Shown piece after piece: positions 1 through 13,606 of a DNA stretch of 64,000 bases. The DNA is from an uncultured delta proteobacterium (GTDB lineage Bacteria; Desulfobacterota; Binatia; UBA9968). Below the pieces are notes generated by a model. The model made no database searches and was not told the origin of the DNA. It was given only the letters and a program-made list of their open reading frames with translations. Where the stretch lies: NCBI GenBank assembly GCA_963755715.1, contig CAVWLW010000024.1, positions 153,444-217,443 on the forward strand. Reading direction: 5' to 3'. Positions within the stretch are counted from its first letter, which is position 1. Every line of letters begins with the position of its first letter. Made by a program: the position numbers and the translations under genes.

Positions 1-1
1 G

Positions 2-955
2 GCGGTCTCGATTATTTCAGTAGGGATGAACTATTACAGCGGTTATTCCCGTCCGGTCGATTCTTCGGAGCCACGCGGATGGATCTCGCGCTACGCCTGG
101 GGCGACGACTATCACAACCTCATGAAGGGCAAGCTGGAGGCGCTGCTTGAGAGTATCGGCCAATTCCATGACGGCAACATTCAAGGAAAAGCTTTCGTCG
201 ATTCGGGTCCGGTTTTGGAGCGAGACTTCGCCGGTATCGCCGGGCTCGGCTGGATCGGTAAAAATACCCACCTTATTTCGCCGAAGAAAGGCTCGTGGTT
301 TTTCTTGGGCGAATTGTTCGTCGATTTGCCACTCGCTTACGATCGGCCGATTCGCGATCGTTGCGGTCGCTGCGATTTGTGTTTGAAAGCCTGCCCGACC
401 GGCGCCTTTGTCGGGCCCTACGTGCTGGATGCGCGGCGCTGCATCTCGTATTTGACGATCGAGCTCAAGGATTGGATGCCGCGTTCGCTGCGACCGCTTG
501 TTGGCAATCACATCTTCGGCTGCGATATCTGCCAGGAAGTCTGTCCATATAATGTGAAAGCGCTCCCGACTGCGGAAATCGCGTTTCAGCCGCGTTCGGG
601 CCTGCACGCGCCGGAGCTGATCGCGTTTTTATCGCTCAGTGAAGCCGAGTTCCGCCAACGCTTTCGCGCCAGTCCGATTTTACGCGCCAAGCGGCGCGGC
701 TTTTTACGCAATGTCGCGGTGGCGCTCGGTAATCTAAAAGCGCTCGATGCGGTGCCGGCCTTGATTCGATCTCTCGACGACGAGGAATCTGTGGTGCGCG
801 GGCACGTGGCGTGGGCTTTAGGCCAAATCGGCGCACAGACGGCGCTCGACCCTTTGCGCCGCCGGTTACGCGCAGAGAACGATGCCGATGTGCAAGAGGA
901 ACTACGGGAGGCGATTGGTATTTTGTCCGGCGACAGCGCGGATTTGCCGGTTTAG
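2..955 (+). CDS. queG: tRNA epoxyqueuosine(34) reductase QueG (5' end truncated by window)
   Basis: ISRYAWGDDYH, FVDSGPVLER, GWIGKN, two 4Fe-4S motifs (CGRCDLCLKACP, FGCDICQEVCP), C-terminal HEAT repeat; frame open to the left edge. Confidence 0.95.
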   Translation, partial: AVSIISVGMNYYSGYSRPVDSSEPRGWISRYAWGDDYHNLMKGKLEALLESIGQFHDGNIQGKAFVDSGPVLERDFAGIAGLGWIGKNTHLISPKKGSWFFLGELFVDLPLAYDRPIRDRCGRCDLCLKACPTGAFVGPYVLDARRCISYLTIELKDWMPRSLRPLVGNHIFGCDICQEVCPYNVKALPTAEIAFQPRSGLHAPELIAFLSLSEAEFRQRFRASPILRAKRRGFLRNVAVALGNLKALDAVPALIRSLDDEESVVRGHVAWALGQIGAQTALDPLRRRLRAENDADVQEELREAIGILSGDSADLPV

Positions 956-1058
956 TCGAAGCTAGAATCAAAGCTTTGTTAGGTGGTGAATTTGAAGCGG
1001 CCGGCAGGCCGAGGTAAATTAGCGGCAATATTTTGGCTCCCATCGACCGGCGATCACG

Positions 1059-1950
1059 ATGACAGCACAAGCGACAAGTAGTTTTGATTTAGACGAGTAT
1101 TTACAAAGACAATGCGCCGTTGTCGACCATGCACTCGAACATTATCTGAGTCACTATCCGGATGCGTCGCAGACTCTCTATCAGGCGATGCGCTATGGTA
1201 TTTTGCCTGGCGGCAAGCGGATTCGTCCGATCCTGACCCTGGCCGCGGGTGAATGGTTGGGCGCGGCACAGGCGCATTTGTTGTCTTTTGCCTGCGCGGT
1301 CGAAATGACTCCTGTTGATTCGCTGATCCATGATGATTTGCCGGCCCTCGATGACGATGACTTGCGCCGCGGTGCGCCGGCCGCCCACAAGGTTTTCGGT
1401 GAGGGGATGGCTTTGTTGGCAGGCGATGGTTTGTTAACCGAAGCTTTCCATCTTTTGTCGAGCGCCGAGGCGACGCGCGGCGCGACGCCGGAACTGGTCG
1501 TGCAAGCAATCACGAATTGGCGCGGGTGGGCGCTTAGGTTTGGTCGGCGGGTGGCGCTGACTTGGAAGCGAAAGAGAAAACCATCGATCTGGCCACGGTA
1601 GAGATGATCCAATTGCGGAAACCGGCGCGTTGATTCTCGCTGCGCTCAGGATCGGTGCCCAAGTGGCCAAAGCGACAAGCGCCGATTTGGCGTGGCTCTC
1701 GCGCTATCGCGAATATCTTGGCTTGGCATTTCAGATCGCCGACGATATCCTAGATAGCCACGGCGGGGAGTTGAGCACGGCAGCCGAGTGGAGCCACAAG
1801 GAGCCGAAGCAGGCGATCCATCGGTTGTTGGAATCGTCGTAGCTCGGGAGCGGCTCAGGGAGCTTTTGAGTTTACCGCTGGTTGAGCTTGAAAACATTTG
1901 GCGGCGGTCGGGCGATTCACATTGGCGGCGCATCTTAGAAAAGGAGAGTC
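1059..1950 (+). CDS. ispA: Polyprenyl (farnesyl) diphosphate synthase, several frameshifts, end approximate
   Basis: GGKRIRP, SLIHDDLPALDDDDLRRG (FARM) in 1059-1601; GLAFQIADDILD (SARM) in 1630-1842; typical position upstream of dxs. Confidence 0.85.
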
Positions 1951-3877
1951 ATGGACAATATGTCGCGGCTGTTGGACGGAGTTGAATATCCGAAAGACAT
2001 TAGACGTTTTTCCATCGAAGAATTAAACCAACTCGCCGCTGAGATCCGCGAAGAAGTGATTTCGGTTGTCTCGGAGGTCGGCGGTCACTTTGCTTCGACT
2101 CTCGGCGCGGTCGAATTGACCCTCGCGCTTCATTACGTCTTCAACACGCCCGAAGACCGGATCGTCTGGGACACCGGGCATCAGGCTTACGCGCATAAAT
2201 TGATCTGCGGGCGGCGCAATCGGTTGGCGACGATTCGCCAACTAAACGGCCTAAGCGGTTTTTTGAGCCGGGAAGAAAGCGAATATGATGTCTTCGGCGC
2301 GGGCCACGCCGGCACATCGATCTCGGCAGCTCTGGGGATGGTGGAGGCAAAGGACCTCGAAGGCGCGAGCCGCAAAGTGGTCGCGGTGATCAGCGATGGC
2401 GGGCTAAGCGCCGGTTTGACTTACGAAGGGTTAAATTCCGCCGGTCACCTCGACCGCGATCTGATCGTGGTGCTTGAACGACAACGAGCATTTCATCGAT
2501 CCCCGAGTGGGTGCGGTGTCTTCGTTTTTGAGCAAGCAGTTCACCAGCGATCTCGGCGTGCGCTTGCAAAAAAATCTCTCGAACCTGCTGCGCAGTCTAC
2601 CGAGCGGCGAGAATCTCAAACACGCGGCGCGCAAGATGCGCGACTCTTTCTTGAGCTTGGTCACGCCCGGGTTTCTCTTCGAAAGCTTGGGCTTTCAATA
2701 CGTCGGGCCCATCGATGGCCACAACATAAGCGAAATGATCACGACGCTGGAAAGCGTTAAGAAGCTCGACGGCCCGACGCTCGTTCACGTGCTCACCAAG
2801 AAAGGCAAAGGCTATGCTCCAGCGGAACAGGATCCGATCAAGTTTCACGCTGTGACGCCTTTTCACGTGCTCACGGGTAAGCCTAAAAAAGAAAAGGGAC
2901 CGGTCCCGACTTACACCGATGTGTTCGGCCAGTCGCTCGTGCGCCTCGCCAAAGGGAATCCCAAAATCGTCGGCATTACCGCGGCGATGGGCAGCGGCAC
3001 CGGCATCGACAAGCTTGCCCGCGAAATGCCGCGCCGCACCTACGACGTAGGCATTGCCGAGCAGCACGCGGTGACGTTCGCCGGCGGCATGGCGACCGAA
3101 GGATTTATTCCGGTGGTCGCCATCTATTCGACATTTCTGCAGCGCGGTTACGATGAAATCTTGCATGACGTCTGTTTGCAAAACTTGCACGTGGTCTTTG
3201 CCCTCGACCGCGCCGGTCTGGTCGGCGCGGACGGCCCGACCCACCACGGTGTTTTCGACTTTGCCTACATGCGCGCGATGCCGAACATGGTCATCATGGC
3301 GCCGAAGGATGAAAACGAGCTGCAGCACATGCTGAAGACCGCCATCGATCACCCCGGGCCGATTTCACTGCGCTATCCGCGCGGCGAAGGTTGGGGCGTG
3401 GCGCTCGATAAAGATATGAAGACTCTCGAGATCGGTAAGGCAGAAATTTTGCGCCAAGGCGGCGACGTCGTGATCGCGGCCATCGGCCACACGGTACTCC
3501 CCGCGCTCAAGGCCGCCGAAGAGCTGGCGCCGCTTGGTATCGATGCCAGCGTGGTCAACGCGCGTTTCGTCAAGCCGCTGGATAAAAACCTATTTCGCGA
3601 CCTGCTGACTCGAGTGCCGCGCCTGATCACCGTCGAAGATCACGTGGTCACCGGCGGTTTCGGCAGCGGCTTGATCGAATTTCTCGCCGACGAGGGTTTT
3701 ACCGGCATCGAAGTGAAACGGCTCGGCGTGCCGGACCGGTTTATTCCTCACGGCACCCAAGACGAGCTTCGGAAAATGTGCGGTTTCGATAAGGATGCGA
3801 TCGCTCAGGCGACCTTGCAACTGGTTCGGCGCGGCAAGAAACGAAGCAGGGAGGGATGGGAAAGAGGGAGCGCCTAG
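1951..3877 (+). CDS. dxs: 1-deoxy-D-xylulose-5-phosphate synthase (one +1 frameshift near 2474)
   Basis: GGHFASTLGAVEL, WDTGHQAYAHK, FGAGHAGTSIS, DVGIAEQHAV, GADGPTHHG; removing one base restores VLNDNE. Confidence 0.95.
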
Positions 3878-4593
3878 ATTTGCTGCTGGTCGGTCGCGGT
3901 CTGGTCGGTAGCCGGGAAGACGGCCGGCGCAAGATCATGGCCGGCGACGTCCTGGTCAATGATCAAGCCGTGACCAAGGCCGGCGCCTTGATCGATGCTA
4001 GCGCACGCATCGGCCTCAAAGCCACGCCTCGCTATGTCAGCCGAGGCGGGCTGAAGCTCGAAAAAGCTTTAAGTGACTTCTCGATCGAATTGACCGGCAA
4101 GACCGTTCTCGACGTCGGCGCTTCCACTGGCGGCTTTACCGATTGTTTGCTCGCCCACGGCGCGGCCAAAGTTTGCGCGATCGACGTCGGCTACGGCCAG
4201 TTTGACTGGCAACTGCGTAACAATCCGCGCGTCTGGCTGCTCGAAAAAACCAATATTCGTTTTCTCGAGGCCGAGTCCCTGCCTCAGGTGCCGCATATCG
4301 CAACGATCGACGTGTCGTTCATATCGCTGAAGATCGTTTTGCCCCGAGTAAAAATGCTGCTCCAGCCGAGCCATGAAATTATTGCTCTAATCAAGCCGCA
4401 GTTCGAAGTCGGCAAGGGCAAAGTCGGCAAGGGTGGCGTAGTGCGGTCGGCAGCGGAGCATGCGCGGGTCATCGACGAGATCCAAGCCGCCGCGACAGAA
4501 TTGGGTTATGATGTGCGCGGGACGATCGAGTCGCCGCTTTTGGGACCCAAAGGGAATAAAGAATTCTTGATCTATCTCCGCATCGACCAATAA
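3856..4593 (+). CDS. tlyA: TlyA family rRNA 2'-O-methyltransferase
   Basis: S4 domain, YVSRGGLKL, LDVGASTGGFTD, DVSFISL, LIKPQFE, GPKGNKEF. Confidence 0.95.
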   Translation: MGKRERLDLLLVGRGLVGSREDGRRKIMAGDVLVNDQAVTKAGALIDASARIGLKATPRYVSRGGLKLEKALSDFSIELTGKTVLDVGASTGGFTDCLLAHGAAKVCAIDVGYGQFDWQLRNNPRVWLLEKTNIRFLEAESLPQVPHIATIDVSFISLKIVLPRVKMLLQPSHEIIALIKPQFEVGKGKVGKGGVVRSAAEHARVIDEIQAAATELGYDVRGTIESPLLGPKGNKEFLIYLRIDQ

Positions 4594-4657
4594 GATCGCG
4601 GCGCTTGTCGAGAGGCGCCGCGGAAACCATTTTTCGCTCAGCTCCAGGGTTCAAGCC

Positions 4658-5388
4658 ATGCCCGGTTTTAAAAAAATCGCTCATCGCGGCGCCTCCGGCC
4701 AATATCCGGAAAACACCCGCTTGGCTTTCGTAAAAGCCATCGAAGCCGGCGTCGATATGATCGAGCTCGATTGCCAGATGACTCAAGACGGACACGTGGT
4801 CGTTTTTCATGATGAGCGTCTGACGCGCACCGCAAGCGCCAGAGGAACGGTCACGAGCAAGACCCTGGAGCACTTGAAAAAACTGGACATCGGCCGGTGG
4901 CGCAAAAAAGCCTTCAAAGGCGAGCGTATTCTGACGTTGGAAGAAGCACTGGAATGCCTGGCCGGCAACGCCGATCTTTGCTGTGGAAATAAAATCCTAC
5001 CCTGACTCGTTCGCCCGGCATCGAGCTCAAGATTCTTTTTATCATCAGCCACTACGATTATTTGGATCGGACGATCATTTCTTCGTTCAATGATAACGTT
5101 CTCGCGCGTGTGCGCGAGTTGGCGCCGGAAGCCACGCTCGGCGTCATCTTCGGCGCCAAAAGCGCCAATGACCCGTTCGAAAGCGCAAGACGGTTGGGCG
5201 CCAAATCGATCCACGTTCAAAAAGAAATTGTTTCCCGGCAGTTTTTGAGTTTGGCGTGGGAAGACGGTTTGGACGTTCACGTTTGGACCGTCAACGAGTT
5301 CCGTGAAATGGAAGCGTTCATGGCGCTGGGCGTGCAAGGCTTGATCTCAGATTTTCCCGACAAATTTGCCAAGCTCCGGTGCCGATAA
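4658..5388 (+). CDS. Glycerophosphodiester phosphodiesterase (frameshift near 4980-5010)
   Basis: IAHRGAS..PENT, ELD, VVFHD in first ORF; ISSF, VWTVN, GLISDFP in second ORF. Confidence 0.9.
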
Positions 5389-5530
5389 GCGTCGGAGGCC
5401 TCAAGTCGCATCGACGTCAAGACGAACCCTCGCGATGCGGTTTCGTCATAAGCGTTTTCAAACATTTGCCGAAGGATTGTTCATTGGTGCATCAATTGCC
5501 TGCAAACTGTTCATTTTTAAAGTGAATTGC

Positions 5531-5558
5531 TTGACTTGGAAGGCAAATGCGCTAGAAT
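5531..5558 (+). promoter_or_regulatory. sigma70-type promoter for the rpsU operon
   Basis: TTGACT-16 bp-TAGAAT about 50 bp upstream of rpsU. Confidence 0.6.
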
Positions 5559-5608
5559 CACCGGCGGGCATGTTATGGTCCCTTGCTGATCGGGGGTGAT
5601 GTAATTTT

Positions 5609-5803
5609 ATGACTGGTGTCCGAGTTAGAGAAAACGAGTCGATTGAAAGCGCTATCCGACGTTTTAAGAAATTATGTGAAAAAGCGGGTATTCTCGCCGA
5701 GCTACGTAAGCGAGAACACTACGAAAAGCCCAGTGTCAAAAGGAAAAAAAAGGCGATAGCCGCAAAAAAAAGAGCGCTCCGGCGCGTGCGCCATTCTTTT
5801 TAG
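5609..5803 (+). CDS. rpsU: 30S ribosomal protein S21
   Basis: [38 protein letters not shown]. Confidence 0.97.
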   Translation: MTGVRVRENESIESAIRRFKKLCEKAGILAELRKREHYEKPSVKRKKKAIAAKKRALRRVRHSF

Positions 5804-5819
5804 AAATCTGTCTCAATGA

Positions 5820-6284
5820 TTGTTGCCAATACGCGACGTGGATCTTAAGACCGATATAAAAGAAGCCGTCAAAGTGGCGATGAAAAGCGGCGATGCCGTG
5901 ACGCTCTCCACGCTGCGGCTTCTTTTGGCCGCGCTTCAGAACGAAGAAATCAGACTCCGAAGAGAACTTGTTCCTGAAGAAATTCAACGCACTATTGCAA
6001 CCCTCTGTAAACAACGCACCGAGGCGATCGACTTGTACCGCAAGGGCAAGCGAGACGATCTCGCTCAGAAAGAGGAAGCCGAGTTAGGGGTTCTGAAGCG
6101 CTTCTTGCCGCAGCCTCTCTCCGAAGATGAAGTCAAGAGTTTGATTCGAGCGAGTATTGCCGAGGCGAGCGCCCAAGGAATCCAAGATCTCGGCAAGGTC
6201 ATGAAGCTGGTGATGCCGAAAGTCTCGGGCAGAAGCGACGGCAAACGTGTCAATGAGCTGGCGAAAGCGCTCTTGAGCGATTAG
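5820..6284 (+). CDS. GatB/YqeY domain protein
   Basis: AMKSGD..LRLL, DLGKVM, GRSDGK; conserved position after rpsU. Confidence 0.9.
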   Translation: MLPIRDVDLKTDIKEAVKVAMKSGDAVTLSTLRLLLAALQNEEIRLRRELVPEEIQRTIATLCKQRTEAIDLYRKGKRDDLAQKEEAELGVLKRFLPQPLSEDEVKSLIRASIAEASAQGIQDLGKVMKLVMPKVSGRSDGKRVNELAKALLSD

Positions 6285-6465
6285 GGGAAAAGATCGCCTG
6301 TGGCGCGCGCCGCTCGGGCTCGACACAGGCGACGGATTAAAACGCAAATTAGATTTTGTTTTTCGGGTCGTGTACGGGATGGAGTGAATTCCGTGAAGTT
6401 TTCCGAGGCGGCGCGCGCGCGGAGACGGGGATTGCCGGATCGCGCGTCTTGGGTGGTTTTCGCTC

Positions 6466-6999
6466 GTGAATTGGATCGACCTGATTATCATCTGCATGCT
6501 GGCTCTCTTTGGCTTGCGAGGATTTTTCCGGGGCCTATTTCGCGAAGTTTTTTCGCTCCTAGGTTTGATCGCCGGGTTCATGATAGCCGTCGCTTTTCTG
6601 CCATCGGCGGCATCTTACGCGGCCGCCTTTTGGAAAGCGCCACCATTGTTTCTCAAGGGTGCGGTCTTCGTGGTCATTTTCTTTCTCGTCTATTTTGTGT
6701 TTAGTCTTATGGGTTGGCTACTCCATCGTTCGGAAAGTCTCCTGTTTCTCAAGACGGTGAATCGTGCTGGAGGGATCGCTGTGGGTTTAGGCAAAGGCGC
6801 GGCGATTATCGCCCTGATTGTTTTTTTTCTGAGTGAGGCAGTCTGGTTGCCCAAAGCCGGCCAGCAGAATTTTCACGCTTCCTATCTCGTCTCGCCGCTG
6901 TCGCGCTTCGCGGAGAGCTTGATTCGCCTGGGCAAACAAAGAGTTCTTTTGGGCGCGGATCTGGAGCAAGCATCGTTCCCGGGCGGCGAACGCCTCTAA
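6466..6999 (+). CDS. cvpA: CvpA family membrane protein
   Basis: MNWIDLII..GFFRGLFREVFSL, NRAGG..GLGKG; four hydrophobic segments. Confidence 0.85.
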   Translation: MNWIDLIIICMLALFGLRGFFRGLFREVFSLLGLIAGFMIAVAFLPSAASYAAAFWKAPPLFLKGAVFVVIFFLVYFVFSLMGWLLHRSESLLFLKTVNRAGGIAVGLGKGAAIIALIVFFLSEAVWLPKAGQQNFHASYLVSPLSRFAESLIRLGKQRVLLGADLEQASFPGGERL

Positions 7000-8735
7000 T
7001 TTTCCGCAATGATTAGTCAGGACAAGATCTCTGAGATTCGCACGCGGGCTTCCATCGTCGAAGTTATTTCCGATTACGTGACCCTAAAAAAAGCCGGTCG
7101 TAACTACATGGGCCTGTGCCCGTTTCACGGCGAGAAAACTCCTTCCTTTACAGTCAGCGAAGATAAAGGAATTTATCATTGCTTCGGCTGCCATGCCGGT
7201 GGAAGTGTCTTTCATTTTCTGATGCAATACGATCAGTTGACCTTCCCCGAAGCGGTCGAGCAGGTCGCGAAACGCTACGGGATCGTCGTCGAACGAGATG
7301 AGCGGCGTGGAACAGCCGATGCCGCCGGCGAGCGAGAGCGTCTCTATCGCATTAATGAGCGCGCCGCCGCCAACTATCAGAAAATTCTTTTGGGTCATCC
7401 GGAAGGCGCCAAGGCGTTTGGGTATTTAAAATCTCGCGGCGTCGATGAGGCCGCCGCGCGCAAGTTCATGTTGGGCTACGCGCCGCAAGGGGGTTCGGGA
7501 CTGCTTCATTTGATCCGTCAAGAAAAAATTCTCGTCAACGACGCGCTCCGTCTCGGTTTGATCGGCCAGCGCGAGCCGGAAAAATTTCACGAAAAATTTT
7601 TCGCCCGGGTGATTTTTCCGATCATCAGCCCGGCGGGTAAAATCATTGCCTTCGGCGGCCGCGTGCTCGACCAAGGGCTTCCCAAATATCTCAATTCGAG
7701 CGAGACGCCGCTCTTTCACAAAGGCGCGACTCTCTACGGCCTTTACCAAGCGAAGGACGGCATTCGTCAATCGGATCGGGTGGTGGTGGTCGAAGGTTAT
7801 CTCGACGTTATCGCCTTATGGCAATACGATATCCCTTACGCCGTCGCCACTCTCGGCACGGCCTTGACCGTCGATCACGCGCGCGTCTTATCGCGTTACA
7901 CCAAGAACATTATTGCGCTCTTCGATGGCGATGATGCCGGGCAGAAGGCGGCGGCGCGTAGTTTCGAGATCTTTGTCGAAGCGGGGCTGTTCGGTCGCGC
8001 GGCGTTTTTGCCCAAAGGAGACGATCCCGATAGCTTCGTGCGGCGCCACGGCAAAGCGGCGTTGGAAACCGTACTCGATGGCGCGGTTTCATTGGCGGAT
8101 TATTTTTTCTCGTGGCTGGAGCGCCGCTTCGGCAAGAGCCTCGAGGGAAAAAGCCAAATCGCCGCTGAAGTCAGTCGAGTATTGGCTAAAGTGAACAACG
8201 CTTTCGAAGTGGACTTGCTGGTGCGTCGGGCGGTCGATATGTTGGGAATCCGAGAAGAACTGCTCCGGCGGCCGGCGCCATCGCTAGGCGCGACGCGGGC
8301 GCTTGCACGCGGCCCGGTGGCGACAACGACGACGGCGGCGAACCGTGACGATATTGCCGAGCGCTCGCTGGTGAGCTTGATGCTCCGAGTGACCTCCGCG
8401 GTTGCCAAGATCGCTCAGGACAAAGAAGCGGCAGAGTGGTTTGGGCCGAAGTGGCGCGCGGTGGTTGACGGAATGGTCCGGGAATGGCTAGAACTTGGGA
8501 AGGTCGACGTGCCGCGACTGACTCAGGAGTTGCCAAGTTCTTTAACCGGTGAGATTGCCGCGCTGGCTTTGACGGGAGAGGATCTGTCCGACGCTGAATG
8601 CGCTCGGATGGTCACCGATTGTCTGGCGCATTTGCGGCGCAAGCATTTCAAGGGCGTGGAGCGCGATCTGCGCCTTGCGATCCGCGCCGCGGAAGAACAG
8701 AACGACGAGAAAGCGAAGAGAGAAAGGATACTAGA

Positions 8736-10611
<1,876 letters not shown>

Positions 10612-10667
10612 TATTGACGCCGTCTTGAACCCAGTATCAAAAAACTTCTAAATTAACTATTTCCTTC

Positions 10668-10744
10668 GGGCCCATAGCTCAGTTGGTTAGAGCCACCGGC
10701 TCATAACCGGTTGGTCCCTGGTTCGAGTCCAGGTGGGCCCACCA
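10668..10744 (+). tRNA. tRNA with CAT anticodon, most likely tRNA-Ile2 (lysidine)
   Basis: 77-nt cloverleaf GGGCCCA...TGGGCCC-ACCA, anticodon loop CTCATAA, TTCGA T-loop; lacks fMet features; tRNA-Ile(CAT) commonly follows rpoD. Confidence 0.9.
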
Positions 10745-10859
10745 ACTCTTTTCCTCGTTAAATTTGCACTGCCACTGACTTTCGCTACTTTCTGCCGCTT
10801 CCGAGCGGCAAAGGTTTCACTCCAAGGGTTCACTTTTGCCGCCCAAGAAGTCCGGGCTA

Positions 10860-11073
10860 ACTGCTTGTCGACGTCGTCTCGGATGTATTTCGCGTAGTGC
10901 TTTTCGGTGATTGCCACGGACGTCCCGCAGTACTCTGCGAGCCATTTTATGTTTACGCCGTTGCTCAATCCTATCGAAATGAACGGGTGGCGCATCGTGT
11001 AGGGGCCTCGTGGGGGCATCCCGGTTGCCCGTAGCGCTCGATACCACACCCCCGTGCGGTGTTTTCTGCCCAA
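10860..11073 (-). pseudogene. Tyrosine recombinase/integrase C-terminal remnant
   Basis: YRALRATGM..PYTMRHPFIS..GVNIKWLAEYCGTSVAITEKHYA matches box II plus catalytic Tyr; N-terminus absent. Confidence 0.75.
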
Positions 11074-11149
11074 TCGACTTTTGGGTTCTACCTAACGCCG
11101 CGCCAAGTGTGGAAATTCGGGGGCGGCGACGGCAAAGAATTTCCTCAAA

Positions 11150-11445
11150 CATGGTTCGAAGGAATCAAAACGTTTAAGACCGACAAAGAGACATCGTTAA
11201 AAGCTCTTGCCCAGTATCTCAAGATTTCGGACCGAAACATCCTGGAAAACAGTTCCGAAATCTATCGCCCCGCGTATCGCGTATGGCGATAGCAAAGCGG
11301 TCAATTTCGCGTTGGATCAGATGATTAAGGATCTACCAAACGGCATAAACTTCGTGCGGAGGATTTCATCGATAATCGCATGTTGACCGAGCTAGAAAAA
11401 AGCGGATTCATTGATCAAATCTACGCCGGTACATCAATAAAGTAA
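11150..11445 (+). pseudogene. 3' remnant of an NMT1/SsuA-like ABC solute-binding protein
   Basis: EGIKTFKTDKETSLKALAQYLKISDRNIL and later DFIDNRMLTELEKSGFIDQIY resemble the C-termini of the SBPs at 28577, 32675 and 40384. Confidence 0.65.
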
Positions 11446-12222
11446 GGCCACCGAAGAAAAAAAGCGCCCAACCCCAATTTAGTCGTAATACTCGCGGACA
11501 ATCGCGCAACTCTCATCAAGTTTTCAAAGGACAGCTCCCGCACCGCTAGAAAAATAAAATCGGCGTTGCTAGTGGGTTTGCCGTTAATGGATGAAACCGA
11601 GGAATTCTTACCGGTCAATTCTTTGAAATTTGTCTAATATTAGACAGAAATCCTTCGCGGTTCACGTAATGTTAAGTCGCCTTCCAACATACGAGAGAGG
11701 CTTGGAGCGATGATGACCATTAACACTAATTCTATGCTCGACGAAGAATGTGGTCAGGAATTTTTCGACAGCGTGACAGACGAAGAACTCATTTATCTTT
11801 GGCGTTGGATCAAAGGACGTGGCATTTCCGCGAACGAAGCATGGAATGTGGTGTTGACTGGACTTGCTCTCGACAAGGCATTCGACAAGAGCAAAACGTG
11901 TATGCAGATCGAGCACTAGGCAATAAAAACGTGATGAACGTGCTTCGAGCAACCGAGTGACTTAAAGCCGACTCAATATTAGTCTTGAAACCTAATTACT
12001 GCTGTAGGTGCGACCGCTGCCGCGTTACTCACAGGGCCATGAACCTAAATCAACTCAAAAGCTTTGCAGTCTCTCGCCGTCTCACTTAGCTGCTTGCCCC
12101 CGTGGTGAGGAATGGTGATGGGCAAATAAGCCATTCGCTGCCATCCTTAATCGCCTCTTATCTGCGCTTGATTTATGCCGAGGCGATTTCTGATCCCTTG
12201 CCTTGCGCTGTGTCTCGGTACG

Positions 12223-12807
12223 TTAGACTAGAACGAGATCGCCAATCTGTTTTATTGAATAGCCGACGTGGGATTTCAGGATGTTAAAAATCTCATAGCA
12301 GAATTCGGTATCGTCAAATTGCATCGCACCCATGTATCGAAGACTCTGATACTCGATTGTCAGGAATAACATGGTATGGAACAGATCATTCATCAATACC
12401 TGCTTAAGGATGCCAATTTCACCGACTGCACTATCATTGCGTTCTCGCCGCGTTGTTGTCCATAAAGGGGGCCAGCTTTGAAAACCGCTCGTTCGTGTCA
12501 TGCCCGGATGATAGCGAAACATTAGATCATTAATCGCAGGTTCATTATCTGTACACTGGACAAATTCGCTTTTGTTTAAATCCTTCGCAGCTGCGGGTTG
12601 AGAGTCGATCCAATCTTTGCCTGCCTGGAGACCGAAGGCTACTGCTTCGCTCTCCGTTGGAAAAATTCCGGCCAAATCGCTAATCGTGTGCAGTTTCTGC
12701 GTAGCGGTTTTCCAGAAAATGCAAACCATCGATTTCCACTGACTTGTAGCTTCATTACATTCACCCGAAGCGACGATGAGACGGCTCCTATAGAGCGACT
12801 TAGCCAT
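12223..12807 (-). CDS. Hypothetical protein (possibly two small domains)
   Basis: 194-aa ATG ORF with protein-like composition; no recognised family. Confidence 0.5.
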   Translation of the reverse strand: MAKSLYRSRLIVASGECNEATSQWKSMVCIFWKTATQKLHTISDLAGIFPTESEAVAFGLQAGKDWIDSQPAAAKDLNKSEFVQCTDNEPAINDLMFRYHPGMTRTSGFQSWPPLWTTTRRERNDSAVGEIGILKQVLMNDLFHTMLFLTIEYQSLRYMGAMQFDDTEFCYEIFNILKSHVGYSIKQIGDLVLV

Positions 12808-13199
12808 ACGAAATTCTTTATTGTTCGAGCTTGGGCTAAAATTGGCCCGCAGCTTTCCCGCTCAAATCGCTAGGACGTAGATAGATTCAGTCAGCCCATC
12901 GAGACCACGGTTTTTTCTGCAGTTGTTATCCCCACCGCTCTTTTTCAGCAAGAACAATAATTAGATCAGAGTTGGGCGCTTCGTATAACTATTTTTATTT
13001 CCTCGATCTCCCGCAAATAGATTTGCTCCCGCATGAGTAACGAGCGCGGTGCTATTTTGGCTTTGGAATCTCGGGATATCTTTTGAGCAGATAAGAATGA
13101 TAACTAAACAATAACAGCCGTAATACTGATTTCAGAATGACTGAAGATCCATGCGTATGCCTGAAGATTCCGGCGTAATGATTGAGCGAGGCAGCGGCT

Positions 13200-13454
13200 C
13201 TATTGATCGGACGGAAATTGGAGGGCTCGTTTGATGGCGGGAATGGCGTCGGGGCAGAGCCTGGTTGCCAAACCGAGAAGTGCTTGGGCCTGCTCTTTTT
13301 CACAGAGAATTTGGATGAACCGCTCGAACTCATTCCCTTTCGGGCGGCGGTCGATGCAACCATTCATCAAGACGCTAAACTCGGGCGATGACATGTCGCA
13401 TTTGTCGCGCAACTGATCGTAACGCTCAAGAGGCAGTTCAATGGTGACTTTCAT
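13200..13454 (-). CDS. Hypothetical protein
   Basis: 84-aa ATG ORF with protein-like composition. Confidence 0.45.
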   Translation of the reverse strand: MKVTIELPLERYDQLRDKCDMSSPEFSVLMNGCIDRRPKGNEFERFIQILCEKEQAQALLGLATRLCPDAIPAIKRALQFPSDQ

Positions 13455-13606
13455 TCCGCGAGGCTAATCTTCTCGACTCCAAAGCGCAAGGACAAATCAT
13501 GGCGGGTCTGAGATGGACAAAATCCAGCCCCGAAGTAGGGGAGTCTCAGTTGGCGCTGCGGATCGGAGGTATTTCGTACAGAGAGTGGTAGAGAAAAGCC
13601 ACGCCA

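Noticed and set aside
10687-10860. Integrase ORF overlapping the tRNA antisense
   Set aside because: The tail GGPTWTRTRDQPVMSRWL is simply the translated reverse complement of the tRNA after loss of the integrase stop.
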